Assembly (NCBI GenBank): GCA_964476595.1
Contig: CAYZCL010000073.1
Location: 14,980 to 78,979, forward strand
Reading direction: 5' to 3'
Length of the DNA stretch: 64,000 nt
Origin: an uncultured Desulfobacteraceae bacterium
GTDB taxonomy: Bacteria; Desulfobacterota; Desulfobacteria; Desulfobacterales; JALSRD01
A program made the position numbers and the translations under genes. Below, one piece after another: positions 28,205 through 36,772 of the stretch (the stretch's first letter is position 1; every line of letters begins with the position of its first letter). A model generated the notes under the pieces. It saw nothing but the letters and a program-made list of their open reading frames with translations. It did no database searches and was not told the origin of the DNA.

Positions 28205-28303
28205 AAAATTCTATTGACATGGGGGCAGGGATCGATAGGGTAAGGGGTGTACCCCATCTGCGGGGCGGCCGTGTCCGGCGGGGAAAACGAGAAGGGGCGT
28301 GGA

Positions 28304-29200
28304 ATGGACATCTGGCAGCTGGGCATATTCTGCAGGGTCGTGGAACTCAAGGGGTTTTCGCGGGCCAGCCGGGCGGTGCACCTGACCCAGCCCACCGTCA
28401 GCAGCCACATCCGTGACCTGGAGCGGCACTTCGGCTGCCGGCTCATCGACCGGCTGGGCGGCGGGGCGGTGCCCACCCCCGCCGGCGAGCTGCTCTACCG
28501 CTACGCCCGCCGGCTGATCGCCCTGCGCGACGAAATGGAAACGGCCATGGCCGAGTTCCAGGGAAAGATCCGGGGCCGGCTGAAAATCGGCGGCAGCACC
28601 ATCCCGGGCGGGTACATCCTGCCGGGGGTCATCGGCGCTTTCAAAAAGGCCTACCCCGGCGCCTCGGTGGTGCTCCAGGTCGGCGACACCCGCGGCATCG
28701 TCGCCCGCATCGCGGCCGGCGAGATCGAGCTGGGCGTCGTGGGCGCCCGCACCCGGCAGGCCGGCATCGCACAGCGCGAACTCATCCGCGACCGCATGCG
28801 GGTCATCGTGCCCGCCGGCCATCGCTGGAAAAAGCAAAGGTCCGTAACACTTTCGGAACTGCGGGAAGAACCCTTCATCCTGCGCGAAGAGGGATCCGGG
28901 ACGCGCAAGTCCCTGGCCCTGGAAATGGCGGGAAAGGGATACCGGCTCGACGACTTCAACGTGGTCGCTGAGATGGGCAGCACCGAGGCCGTCGTGCAGG
29001 CCGTCAAGGGCGGGCTGGGCGTCTCCATCCTCTCTCCCATCGCCGTGGCAGAGGAACTGCAGATCGGGAGCCTCCGGGCGCTGGACGTGGCCGACCTGAA
29101 CCTCACGCGCCACTTCTACCTCACCACTCACCGCCGCCGCACCCGCTCCCCCCTGGCCGAGGCCTTTATTTCCCACCTAGGGACGTCCTTAAATAACTAA
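28304..29200 (+). CDS. LysR family transcriptional regulator
   Basis: Track ORF trimmed to MDIWQLGIFCRVVELKGFSRASRAVHLTQPTVSSHIRDLE (a classic LysR HTH). Confidence 0.9.
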   Translation: MDIWQLGIFCRVVELKGFSRASRAVHLTQPTVSSHIRDLERHFGCRLIDRLGGGAVPTPAGELLYRYARRLIALRDEMETAMAEFQGKIRGRLKIGGSTIPGGYILPGVIGAFKKAYPGASVVLQVGDTRGIVARIAAGEIELGVVGARTRQAGIAQRELIRDRMRVIVPAGHRWKKQRSVTLSELREEPFILREEGSGTRKSLALEMAGKGYRLDDFNVVAEMGSTEAVVQAVKGGLGVSILSPIAVAEELQIGSLRALDVADLNLTRHFYLTTHRRRTRSPLAEAFISHLGTSLNN

Positions 29201-29472
29201 ATAACTCGCCGTCTGCCGTCGTCGTTGGGCGTTTTCCGCCGCGTTGCCCCTGCAGCCGAGTGGAATGGCAGGCCGCATGACCCGGCGGAAGCGGGCGGCG
29301 AAGGGCGCCGACGGCTCACATGCCGACGGCGGCTTGGGATCGCCCCTTGCCTCCGACAATCTTTACTTGACCGCCGGAGCGCGGCCACATATCATGTTAT
29401 TTGTTGGAAACTATTTCTCCAGCCAACGCAATCCAACCCCAAGCGTCAACCGAAGTCAAAGGAGGACAACCC

Positions 29473-30471
29473 ATGAAGAAACTGCTGATTTTCGCGCTGT
29501 GCATGTTCTTGGCCACGACGGCCTTTGCGGCCGACAGCGCCCAGCTGGAAAAGGCCAAGGCCGAGGGACAGGTGTCGTTCTACGCCAACATGACCGCCAT
29601 CCAGCCCATCATGGACGCTTTCAACGCCCAGACCGGGCTCAAGGGCAGGTACACGCGCATCTCGACCTCCAAGTTCCTGCCCACGGTGCTCACCGAGTTC
29701 CAGGCCGGAAAGCTCATGGCCGACGTGCTGCAGGCGCCGCTGCCGGTCATGGAGATGCTCAAGGCCAAGGGCGTCCTGACGGCCTACAAATCACCGGCCG
29801 CCGCCGGCTACCCCGACTGGACGCGCAAGGACGACACGATCCAGGTGTTCGGCATCGAATACGTGGCCCTGATTTACAACAAGGACCTGGTCAAACCCGC
29901 CGATGTGCCCAAGCGCTACGAGGACCTGACCGATCCCAAGTGGAAGAACAAGATCGTCATGGCCAACCCCGCCACGCACGCCACCACCATCGCCTGGCTG
30001 GTGGGGCTCAAGGAAAACGTCTTCAAGTCCGAGGCCGAATGGATGAAATTTCTCAAGGGACTGGCCGCCAACCGACCCATGTTCGTCAAATCCTTCGGGC
30101 CCACCCCGGCGCCCATCGAGAGCGGCGAGAAGCTCATCGGCATCTCCATGCCCAAGTACATCATCACCAAGGCCCCGGCGCCGCTGGACTGGGCGCGCGT
30201 CAGCCAGCCCCTGCTGGGAACGCCGCGGGGCATCGCGCTGTCCGCCAGCGCCAAGCACCCCAATGCCGCCCGGCTGTTCATGAACTACTGGCTTTCCAAG
30301 AAGGCCATGGGCATGCTGGCCAGGAACGTGGGTGAATACGTGCTGGCCCCGGGTGTCTTTCCGCCCATCGACGGCATCGACAAGGCCAAGGTGATCCCCA
30401 TCCGCACGCTGTCGGACAAGGAAATCCGCAGCTGGGGCGCCAAGTTCAAACAGATCTTCAGCGCCTCGTAA
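29473..30471 (+). CDS. ABC transporter substrate-binding protein (family 1, Fe(III)/AfuA-FbpA-like)
   Basis: Track ORF trimmed to MKKLLIFALCMFLATTAFA (signal peptide). SD AAGGAGGA upstream. Confidence 0.8.
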   Translation: MKKLLIFALCMFLATTAFAADSAQLEKAKAEGQVSFYANMTAIQPIMDAFNAQTGLKGRYTRISTSKFLPTVLTEFQAGKLMADVLQAPLPVMEMLKAKGVLTAYKSPAAAGYPDWTRKDDTIQVFGIEYVALIYNKDLVKPADVPKRYEDLTDPKWKNKIVMANPATHATTIAWLVGLKENVFKSEAEWMKFLKGLAANRPMFVKSFGPTPAPIESGEKLIGISMPKYIITKAPAPLDWARVSQPLLGTPRGIALSASAKHPNAARLFMNYWLSKKAMGMLARNVGEYVLAPGVFPPIDGIDKAKVIPIRTLSDKEIRSWGAKFKQIFSAS

Positions 30472-30540
30472 CAGGCCCGCTCCGGGTCCGACCGCACGTC
30501 CCCCTGCGTGCGGTCGGACCGCCGACACAGGCAGACCGAC

Positions 30541-31629
30541 ATGGAAATCCGAATTCGAAACGTCAGCAAGCACTTCCACTCCAGCGGGCAGCTGATCAAG
30601 GCGCTGGACAACATCGACCTGACCATTCCGGCCAACCGCATCTTCACCCTGCTGGGGCCCAGCGGCTGCGGCAAGACCACCCTGCTGCGCTGCATCGTGG
30701 GACTGGAGTCGCCCGACAGCGGCGAGATCGAGATCGGCGGAGAGACGGTCTGGTCGCGGGAGCGGCACATCTACGTGCCCACCGAAAGCCGCGGCCTGGG
30801 CATGGTCTTCCAGACCTACGCCATCTGGCCGCACATGGACGTCTTCAACAACGTGGCCTACCCGCTGCAGACCCGCGGGCTGCCGCGCGGCGAGATCCGC
30901 GAGCGGGTGGCCCGGACGCTGCGCTTCGTGCAGCTGGAGGGTTTCGAAGACCGGCCGGCCACCAAGCTCTCCGGCGGGCAGCAGCAGCGCGTGGCCCTGG
31001 CCCGCGCCCTGGTGGCCGAGCCCAAGGTGATCCTCTTCGACGAGCCGCTGTCCAACCTGGACGCCAAGCTGCGCGAGGAGACCCGCAAGGAGCTGCGCGC
31101 CTTCCTGACCGACCTCGAGATCACCGCCGTGTACGTCACCCACGACCGCATCGAGGCCCTGGCGCTGTCGGACATGGTAGCCGTCATGAACCACGGGCGC
31201 ATCATCGAGACCGGCACGCCGCGGCAGATCTACTTCCACTCCACCCATCGCTTCGTGGTGGATTTCATCGGGCGCACCAACCTGATCGACGCCGTGGTGA
31301 CCGCCCGCCGGGACGGCCTGACCCTGGTGGACTGCCCCTTGGGCAGCGTGGCCTGCCGCCGCCACGACGAATTCGCGACCGGTGACCGGGTGACGCTCTG
31401 CCTGCGCCCCGAGTTCATCCGCTTGAAGCGCGGCGACGCCGCGCATGCGCAGAACGTGTTCAGCGGCCGCATCGACGAACTGGTCTTCATCGGCGAGGCC
31501 TTCGAGGGCGAGATCACGGTCAACGGCCTCAAGCTGTTCATCAAGACCGAGCCGGACTCGGACATCCGGGCCGGGGACACGGCCAGCTTCACGGTGGACC
31601 CCAACAACTGCATCCTGGTTTCGAAGTAG
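30541..31629 (+). CDS. ABC transporter ATP-binding protein (FbpC/PotA-like with C-terminal TOBE-like domain)
   Basis: MEIRIRNVSKHF start. Walker A GPSGCGKTT, signature LSGGQQQR, Walker B ILFDEPLSNLD. Confidence 0.9.
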   Translation: MEIRIRNVSKHFHSSGQLIKALDNIDLTIPANRIFTLLGPSGCGKTTLLRCIVGLESPDSGEIEIGGETVWSRERHIYVPTESRGLGMVFQTYAIWPHMDVFNNVAYPLQTRGLPRGEIRERVARTLRFVQLEGFEDRPATKLSGGQQQRVALARALVAEPKVILFDEPLSNLDAKLREETRKELRAFLTDLEITAVYVTHDRIEALALSDMVAVMNHGRIIETGTPRQIYFHSTHRFVVDFIGRTNLIDAVVTARRDGLTLVDCPLGSVACRRHDEFATGDRVTLCLRPEFIRLKRGDAAHAQNVFSGRIDELVFIGEAFEGEITVNGLKLFIKTEPDSDIRAGDTASFTVDPNNCILVSK

Positions 31630-31643
31630 GCGAGGCGAAGCTC

Positions 31644-33329
31644 ATGGGCGACCGCAAATCCTTCCTGACACCGGTACTGATCGCCGTCGTCGGTTTCCTG
31701 ACCGTGTGCCCGGTGATCATGCTGGTCTTCGGCAGCTTTTCCACGGGCCTGGGGGCCTTCGGCCATTTTACGCTGGACAAGTACATCCAGGTCTACACGA
31801 ACCCCGAGCTGGCCGGCATCATCTTCAACACCATCGTCTTCGTGCTGGGCTCGTCGGCCGTGGCCACCGGCCTGGCGCTGCTGCTGGTCTACCTCAACAC
31901 GCGCACCGACATCCCCTTCAAGTTCCTCTTCCGGATCATCTCCATCATCCCCATGATGATCCCGCACATCCTGTTCTCGGTCAGCTGGGTGCTGCTGCTG
32001 AATCCCTCCAACGGGCTGATCAACCTGTTCCTGCGGCAGGTGCTGGGGCTGGAAAACGCGGCCATCAACATCTACTCCCTGCAGGGCATGATCCTGGTCG
32101 AGGGGCTGCTGGACCTGCCCATCGCCTACCTCATCCTGGCGCCGGCCATGGCGTCCTTCGACGTGGCCCTGGAGGAGTCCTCACGGGTCTGCGGTGGAAG
32201 TACTTTGCGCACCCTTTTCCGGGTCACGCTGCCGGTGCTGCGGCCGGCCATCCTGGCGGCCTTCATCCTGTCGCTGGTGCGCAGCCTGGCGTCCTTCGCC
32301 GTGCCGTCGGTCATCGGCATGCCCGGGCGCATCTACGTGCTGGCGACCCACATCTACCAGTCCATCGCCACGGGTTTCGCCGCCGACTTCGGCAAGGCCG
32401 CCGCCATCGGCATGAGCGTGCTGGTGACTTCCATCACGCTGATCTACCTCTACCGCTACCTGACATCGGAGAGCGAGAAGTACGTTACCATCTCCAGCCG
32501 GGGCTACCGTCCCACGGTGATCCATCTCAAGGGCGCCCGCTACCCCCTGTTCGGCGTGGTGGGCATCCTCTCGCTGGTGCTGATCGTGCTGCCGGTGCTG
32601 GTGCTCTTTTACACGTCGCTGGTGCCGTACTCCATGGTGCCCAGCATGAAGGCCTTTTCCATGATGAGCTGGAAGCACTGGATCGAGGTGATCCACGACC
32701 CCATCTCGATCCTGTCGCTCAAGAACAGCGTCTTCCTGGGCGTGGTGGGGGCCACCCTGGGCATCACCCTGTCGGTGTTCGTGGCCTACGCCATCGTCAA
32801 GGTGCGCTCGCACGCCTCCGGCATCCTGGAGAGCCTCTCGTTCCTGTCGTTTTCCTTTCCCGGCATCGTCATCGGCGTGGGCTTTATGTGGTTTTTCGTG
32901 CGCACGCCGCTCTACGCCACCATCTGGGCGCTGCTCATCGGCTACATCGCCACCTACCTGCCTTACGGCGTGCGCCCACTGACCAGCGCCTTCATCCAGG
33001 TCCACAGCCACCTGGAGGAGTCCTCGCAGGTCTGCGGCGCCGGAGCCTTCACCACCATGCGCCGCATCGTCATCCCGCTGCTGATCCCCGGTATCGTCTC
33101 GGGCTGGATCCTGATGGCCACCATGTTCGTGCGCGAGCTGACGCTCTCGGTGGTGCTCTCGCGGCCGGGCACCGAGGTGCTGGCGGTGCAGATCTTCCGC
33201 TTCGCCGAAGACGGCCTTTGGGGCCAGCTCTCGGCCCTGGGCATCATGATGATCTTCATCTCCACGACGCTGGTCATCCTGGCCACCCTGGTGGGCATCA
33301 AGTTCAAGCCCATGGAAGAGAGTACCTGA
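31644..33329 (+). CDS. ABC transporter permease, duplicated (FbpB-like, two BPD_transp_1 modules)
   Basis: 561-aa polytopic protein with two EAA-type regions (EESSRVCGGSTLRTLFRVTLP and EESSQVCGAGAFTTMRRIVIP). Confidence 0.9.
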   Translation: MGDRKSFLTPVLIAVVGFLTVCPVIMLVFGSFSTGLGAFGHFTLDKYIQVYTNPELAGIIFNTIVFVLGSSAVATGLALLLVYLNTRTDIPFKFLFRIISIIPMMIPHILFSVSWVLLLNPSNGLINLFLRQVLGLENAAINIYSLQGMILVEGLLDLPIAYLILAPAMASFDVALEESSRVCGGSTLRTLFRVTLPVLRPAILAAFILSLVRSLASFAVPSVIGMPGRIYVLATHIYQSIATGFAADFGKAAAIGMSVLVTSITLIYLYRYLTSESEKYVTISSRGYRPTVIHLKGARYPLFGVVGILSLVLIVLPVLVLFYTSLVPYSMVPSMKAFSMMSWKHWIEVIHDPISILSLKNSVFLGVVGATLGITLSVFVAYAIVKVRSHASGILESLSFLSFSFPGIVIGVGFMWFFVRTPLYATIWALLIGYIATYLPYGVRPLTSAFIQVHSHLEESSQVCGAGAFTTMRRIVIPLLIPGIVSGWILMATMFVRELTLSVVLSRPGTEVLAVQIFRFAEDGLWGQLSALGIMMIFISTTLVILATLVGIKFKPMEEST

Positions 33330-33375
33330 CCGCCGAAATTCAACCCGCATCGCGCCGTTTTTCGTCCCGGGACGA

Positions 33376-33404
33376 TTGCGTCCGGATATTATACGTCGTA
33401 TAGT
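33376..33404 (+). promoter_or_regulatory. Predicted sigma-70 promoter of the padR operon with an overlapping palindrome
   Basis: TTGCGT (33376-81), a 17-nt spacer, then TATAGT (33399-404). The palindrome TATACG-T-CGTATA (33390-33402) overlaps the spacer and the -10 element. Confidence 0.5.
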
Positions 33405-33437
33405 AAGTTACAACATACTTTAGAGAGGTCGGGCGGC

Positions 33438-33854
33438 ATGATCGACGACATCGAAAACTGTCCCTGTTCCGGCAAGAACATGAGCAACCTGGCGGCCCCC
33501 TGGATTCTGCTGACCCTGTTCAGCCGGCAGGGGCTGCACGGCTATGCCATCAAGAAGATCATCGAGGGCTACATCGCGGAGTTCTGCCCGGGACTCAACA
33601 TCACGGGCCTCTACCGCCACCTGAACCTTCTGGAACGGCGGGGGGTGCTCCGCTCGCAGTGGGACACGGACGGCAAAGGCCCCGCCCGGCGCCGGTATTT
33701 CCTGACCGAGGCGGGCCAGGAGTGCCTGTGGCGCTGGCTGAACACGCTCAGCAACCAGGCGATGCTGATCGGAAGGTTTTTCGACCGGGCGCGCGAGGTG
33801 CTGCCCGCGTCCCACCTGCCGACCGTCCGGCTGGAAAAGACGCCGGACACCTGA
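33438..33854 (+). CDS. PadR family transcriptional regulator
   Basis: 138 aa. The winged-helix pattern LHGYAIKKIIEG...GLYRHLNLLERRGVLRSQW...RRRYFLTEAG is typical of PadR. Confidence 0.8.
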   Translation: MIDDIENCPCSGKNMSNLAAPWILLTLFSRQGLHGYAIKKIIEGYIAEFCPGLNITGLYRHLNLLERRGVLRSQWDTDGKGPARRRYFLTEAGQECLWRWLNTLSNQAMLIGRFFDRAREVLPASHLPTVRLEKTPDT

Positions 33855-33888
33855 CCACGCGCCCGTCCATCGCAGAGGAGGCGACTTC

Positions 33889-35043
33889 ATGGCCACACCC
33901 CGCAAGTTGAAGACAAACAAGACCGTCCGCCTGATTTTCACCGGCGGATTCCTGGGCTCCGGCAAGACCACCGCACTGGCGGCACTGGCACGCGACCTGG
34001 TCCGGCGCGGCCTGCGCGTGGGCATCATCACCAACGACCAGAGCGCCAACCTGGCCGACACCCTCATCGTGCGCCAGATGCTGGGAGAACTGGGGGTTCC
34101 GGTTGAGGAGGTCGTCAAGGGCTGCTTCTGCTGCAAGTTTGATGAACTCATCGACCAGATGGAGAAAATACTGGCCCACGAACCCGACATCCTGATGGGG
34201 GAACCGGTGGGCAGCTGCACCGACTTCGTGGCCGCCGTGGCCAACCCCATCAAGATCCACTACGGGCGGTCTTTCGTCTTCGCTCCCTTTTCCACCATGG
34301 TCGACGCCCAGCGGGTGCGTGAACTGCTGCTCAAAGAGACGGCCACCACCTTTCCCGAGGAGGTGGCCTACCTGTTCCACAAGCAGCTCGAAGAGGCGGA
34401 CATCATTGTGCTCGCCAAGTCCGATCTCTTGCAGGCCGAGCAGATCGAGCGCTATCTCTCCGTGCTGAAGCGGAAGCTCCCCGGCAAAGAAGTGATGGCG
34501 GTTTCGGCCAGGACGGGCGCCGGAATGTCCCGGTGGCTCGACCGGCTGCTGTCTTCGCGCCCGGGGGCCGACACCGTACTGGCCCGGCTGGATTACGACG
34601 TCTACGCCCGGGCCGAGGCGGTGCTTGGCTGGCTCAATGCGGCCGTTCGCATCCGTAGCGACAATCCTTTTGCACCCGCCGACGTGCTGTGCACGGTGAT
34701 GGCTTCGATCCGCGATGCGCTCCGGGCGGAAAACGCCGGTGTCGGCCACCTGAAAATGATCATCACCGGCGGCGGGCGGTCCATGTGGATCAACCTGACC
34801 CACCTGGACGCCGAACCCGCCGTCAGCGAGACCCGCATGGCGGAAATGGCCGGCGCCACCCTGATCATCAACGCGCGCGTGCACCTCGCGCCGGAGGATC
34901 TCGAAGCGGTGGTTCGCGCGGCGCTGGAAGAGCTGGAGGCAGCGGCTGGACTTCGGGCGGAGATAGAGGACCTGCAGTGCTTCAGTCCCGCTTACCCGGA
35001 CCCGCCCTACCTGTCCCGGTCCCCCGCGTCCGGGGGGCAATGA
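33889..35043 (+). CDS. COG0523/CobW-type G3E family GTPase (putative metallochaperone) with a divergent C-terminal domain
   Basis: Walker A GGFLGSGKTT, CxCC metal motif KGCFCCKF, and LAKSDL (NKxD-like). Confidence 0.8.
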   Translation: MATPRKLKTNKTVRLIFTGGFLGSGKTTALAALARDLVRRGLRVGIITNDQSANLADTLIVRQMLGELGVPVEEVVKGCFCCKFDELIDQMEKILAHEPDILMGEPVGSCTDFVAAVANPIKIHYGRSFVFAPFSTMVDAQRVRELLLKETATTFPEEVAYLFHKQLEEADIIVLAKSDLLQAEQIERYLSVLKRKLPGKEVMAVSARTGAGMSRWLDRLLSSRPGADTVLARLDYDVYARAEAVLGWLNAAVRIRSDNPFAPADVLCTVMASIRDALRAENAGVGHLKMIITGGGRSMWINLTHLDAEPAVSETRMAEMAGATLIINARVHLAPEDLEAVVRAALEELEAAAGLRAEIEDLQCFSPAYPDPPYLSRSPASGGQ

Positions 35044-35057
35044 AGAGGAGTCCGGTC

Positions 35058-35303
35058 ATGCTCAACATCGAAGTCATCGGCCTCGACCCGCCGTGCCGCA
35101 GGTGCACCGAACTGCTGGAAAACGTCAAAGCGGCCGTGGCGCAGGCCGGTGTCGAGGCCCGTGTCGAGAAAAAGTGGGCGCTTTCCGAGGAAATCCGCGG
35201 CAAATACGGTCTGCTGCTGAGTCCGGCACTGGCCATCGAGGGGGTCGTCGTGGCCCAGGGCAAAGTCTACCGCACCGAGCGCATCCTCGCGCTGCTGCGC
35301 TGA
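35058..35303 (+). CDS. Small thioredoxin-fold protein (redox-active disulfide protein 2 / Thioredoxin_3-like)
   Basis: SD GAGGAG sits 7 nt before ATG 35058. MLNIEVIGLDPPCRRCTELLENV carries a CxxC motif. 81 aa. An alternative ATG at 35040 overlaps the upstream stop. Confidence 0.7.
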   Translation: MLNIEVIGLDPPCRRCTELLENVKAAVAQAGVEARVEKKWALSEEIRGKYGLLLSPALAIEGVVVAQGKVYRTERILALLR

Positions 35304-35323
35304 CGGCAAAGACGGGGGGACCC

Positions 35324-36175
35324 ATGAACGATCAGAGCGCCGCCTGTTTCGGGGAATTTTTCGGCACCTTCATCCTGGTGTTTTTCGGCACCGCCGTCGT
35401 CGCCGTGGCCGTTCTGTTCCAGGCGCCGCTGGGACTGGTGCAGGTGGCCGTGGTCTGGGGTATCGGGGTGACGCTGGCCATCTACGCCACCCGGCACCTC
35501 TCGTGCGCCCACCTCAACCCGGCGGTTTCGCTGGGCATGGTGCTGGCCGGCAGGATGCAACCGCGCCTCTTTGTGCCGTACTGCTGCGCCCAGCTGGCCG
35601 GCGCGGCGGCAGCGGGCGGCATGATCCTGCTTCTGTTCCATCCCTCCATCGCGGCTTTCGAACAGGCCCACGGTATCGTCCGCGGCACACCGGCCTCGGT
35701 GCGGACCGCCATGCTGTTCGGGGAATACTTTCCGAACCCGGGTTTCCAGATTCCCTGGTTCAGGGTGTCGCTGCCGACGGCCATGCTGACCGAAGGGCTG
35801 GGGACCTTCCTGCTGGTTTCCATGATTTTCCTGCTGACCGAAGGCTGTAACGTGGGCCGCCCCACGGACGCCATTTCGCCGGTGTTCATCGGCGCCACGG
35901 TGGCGGCCCTGATCGCCGTGACCGCGCCGCTGACCCAGACCGGCATCAACCCCGCCAGGGATTTCGGCCCCCGCCTGGTGGCCTATCTGGCCGGCTGGAG
36001 ACAGATCGCCATTCCCGGACCCCGGGGCGGCTTTTTCTGGGTGTACATCGCAGCCCCCCTGGCCGGAGCGGCGCTTTCGGCCCTGTGTTTTCGGTTCGTG
36101 CTGAGCCCGCTGATGACGGCCCGCAACCGGGTGACGACGTGCGATTGCCAAGAGCCGCAAGCGGGCTCCTTTTGA
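35324..36175 (+). CDS. MIP-family aquaglyceroporin (GlpF/AqpS-like)
   Basis: Track ORF 35093..36175 trimmed to MNDQSAACFGEFFGTF. Two NPA boxes (HLNPAVS, GINPARD). Confidence 0.9.
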   Translation: MNDQSAACFGEFFGTFILVFFGTAVVAVAVLFQAPLGLVQVAVVWGIGVTLAIYATRHLSCAHLNPAVSLGMVLAGRMQPRLFVPYCCAQLAGAAAAGGMILLLFHPSIAAFEQAHGIVRGTPASVRTAMLFGEYFPNPGFQIPWFRVSLPTAMLTEGLGTFLLVSMIFLLTEGCNVGRPTDAISPVFIGATVAALIAVTAPLTQTGINPARDFGPRLVAYLAGWRQIAIPGPRGGFFWVYIAAPLAGAALSALCFRFVLSPLMTARNRVTTCDCQEPQAGSF

Positions 36176-36202
36176 AAGGCCTGAAGGGCTCACGTCGGGA
36201 CG

Positions 36203-36229
36203 AAAAAAAAGGGGGGACGTCGTCCCCCC
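36203..36229 (-). terminator. Rho-independent terminator of the small-ORF unit
   Basis: On the minus strand, GGGGGGACGACGTCCCCCC is followed by an uninterrupted U8 tract. A second hairpin AGCGGGTC-GGAC-GACCCGCT at 36245-36264 lies between it and the ORF stop. Confidence 0.65.
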
Positions 36230-36268
36230 GGGTTGTCGGTTTTCAGCGGGTCGGACGACCCGCTTTGG

Positions 36269-36421
36269 TCAGCAGCATTTTTCGAAACGGCAGCTGCTCA
36301 TCTCGGTGTCCTCGCAGCACAGGGTGCCCACGGGGCACCCGCAGTCGTCGACGACGTAGTAACAGCACTTGCAGCCGGATGCCGATTTGCAGCTCTTTTT
36401 CTTTTCGTCTCTGTCACTCAT
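36269..36421 (-). CDS. Cys-rich 50-aa peptide (metallothionein-like; 11 Cys)
   Basis: Too short for the supplied track. SD GAGGAGG sits 7 nt before ATG 36421. Hand translation gives MSDRDEKKKSCKSASGCKCCYYVVDDCGCPVGTLCCEDTEMSSCRFEKCC followed by a stop. Terminator hairpins follow. Confidence 0.6.
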   Translation of the reverse strand: MSDRDEKKKSCKSASGCKCCYYVVDDCGCPVGTLCCEDTEMSSCRFEKCC

Positions 36422-36441
36422 GATGGCACCTCCTCATGTCG

Positions 36442-36633
36442 TTACACGCGGCCGCCCGGAGCGCCGGACGGTTCGTTGCGCGAGTGGATCCGGGGGACGT
36501 CCGGATATGCTTCCGGTGTCCGCACCCGGGTTTCCCGGATACCGGACCGGCGTTCTCGTTCTGCTTCGCGATCACGGTCGATGCATTCGCCTGCGTACCT
36601 GCCGGTGCGGTCTCTCTCGCGTATGTCACTCAT
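36442..36633 (-). CDS. Highly charged 63-aa hypothetical protein
   Basis: Track ORF 36442..36663 trimmed to the ATG preceded by SD GGAGG (6-nt spacing). The sequence is MSDIRERDRTGRYAGECIDRDREAERERRSGIRETRV.... It shares its first 10 nt (ATGAGTGACA) with the downstream Cys-rich ORF. Low-complexity composition keeps confidence modest. Confidence 0.4.
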   Translation of the reverse strand: MSDIRERDRTGRYAGECIDRDREAERERRSGIRETRVRTPEAYPDVPRIHSRNEPSGAPGGRV

Positions 36634-36717
36634 GGGAAACCTCCGGTCATCGAAGGGCTTCACGTGTGGTTACAACGGCCGGGTGGCCTCCCGGGGGAAG
36701 CCGTCCCTTCTGATGGA

Positions 36718-36772
36718 ATACCACTAAGTGGTATGCATGAGCCCAATATGATCACCCTTTGCCCGCTGTCAA
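36718..36772 (-). promoter_or_regulatory. Predicted sigma-70 promoter plus palindromic operator for the small-ORF unit
   Basis: On the minus strand: TTGACA (36772-36767), a 16-nt spacer, then CATATT (36750-36745). The palindrome ATACCAC-TAA-GTGGTAT (36718-36734) lies just downstream of the expected start site. Confidence 0.45.

Noticed and set aside
29191-29206. Tandem AAATAACT AAATAACT at the end of the LysR gene.
   Set aside because: It has only two copies, spans the stop codon, and has no symmetry or recurrence elsewhere in the window. It is most likely a chance duplication.
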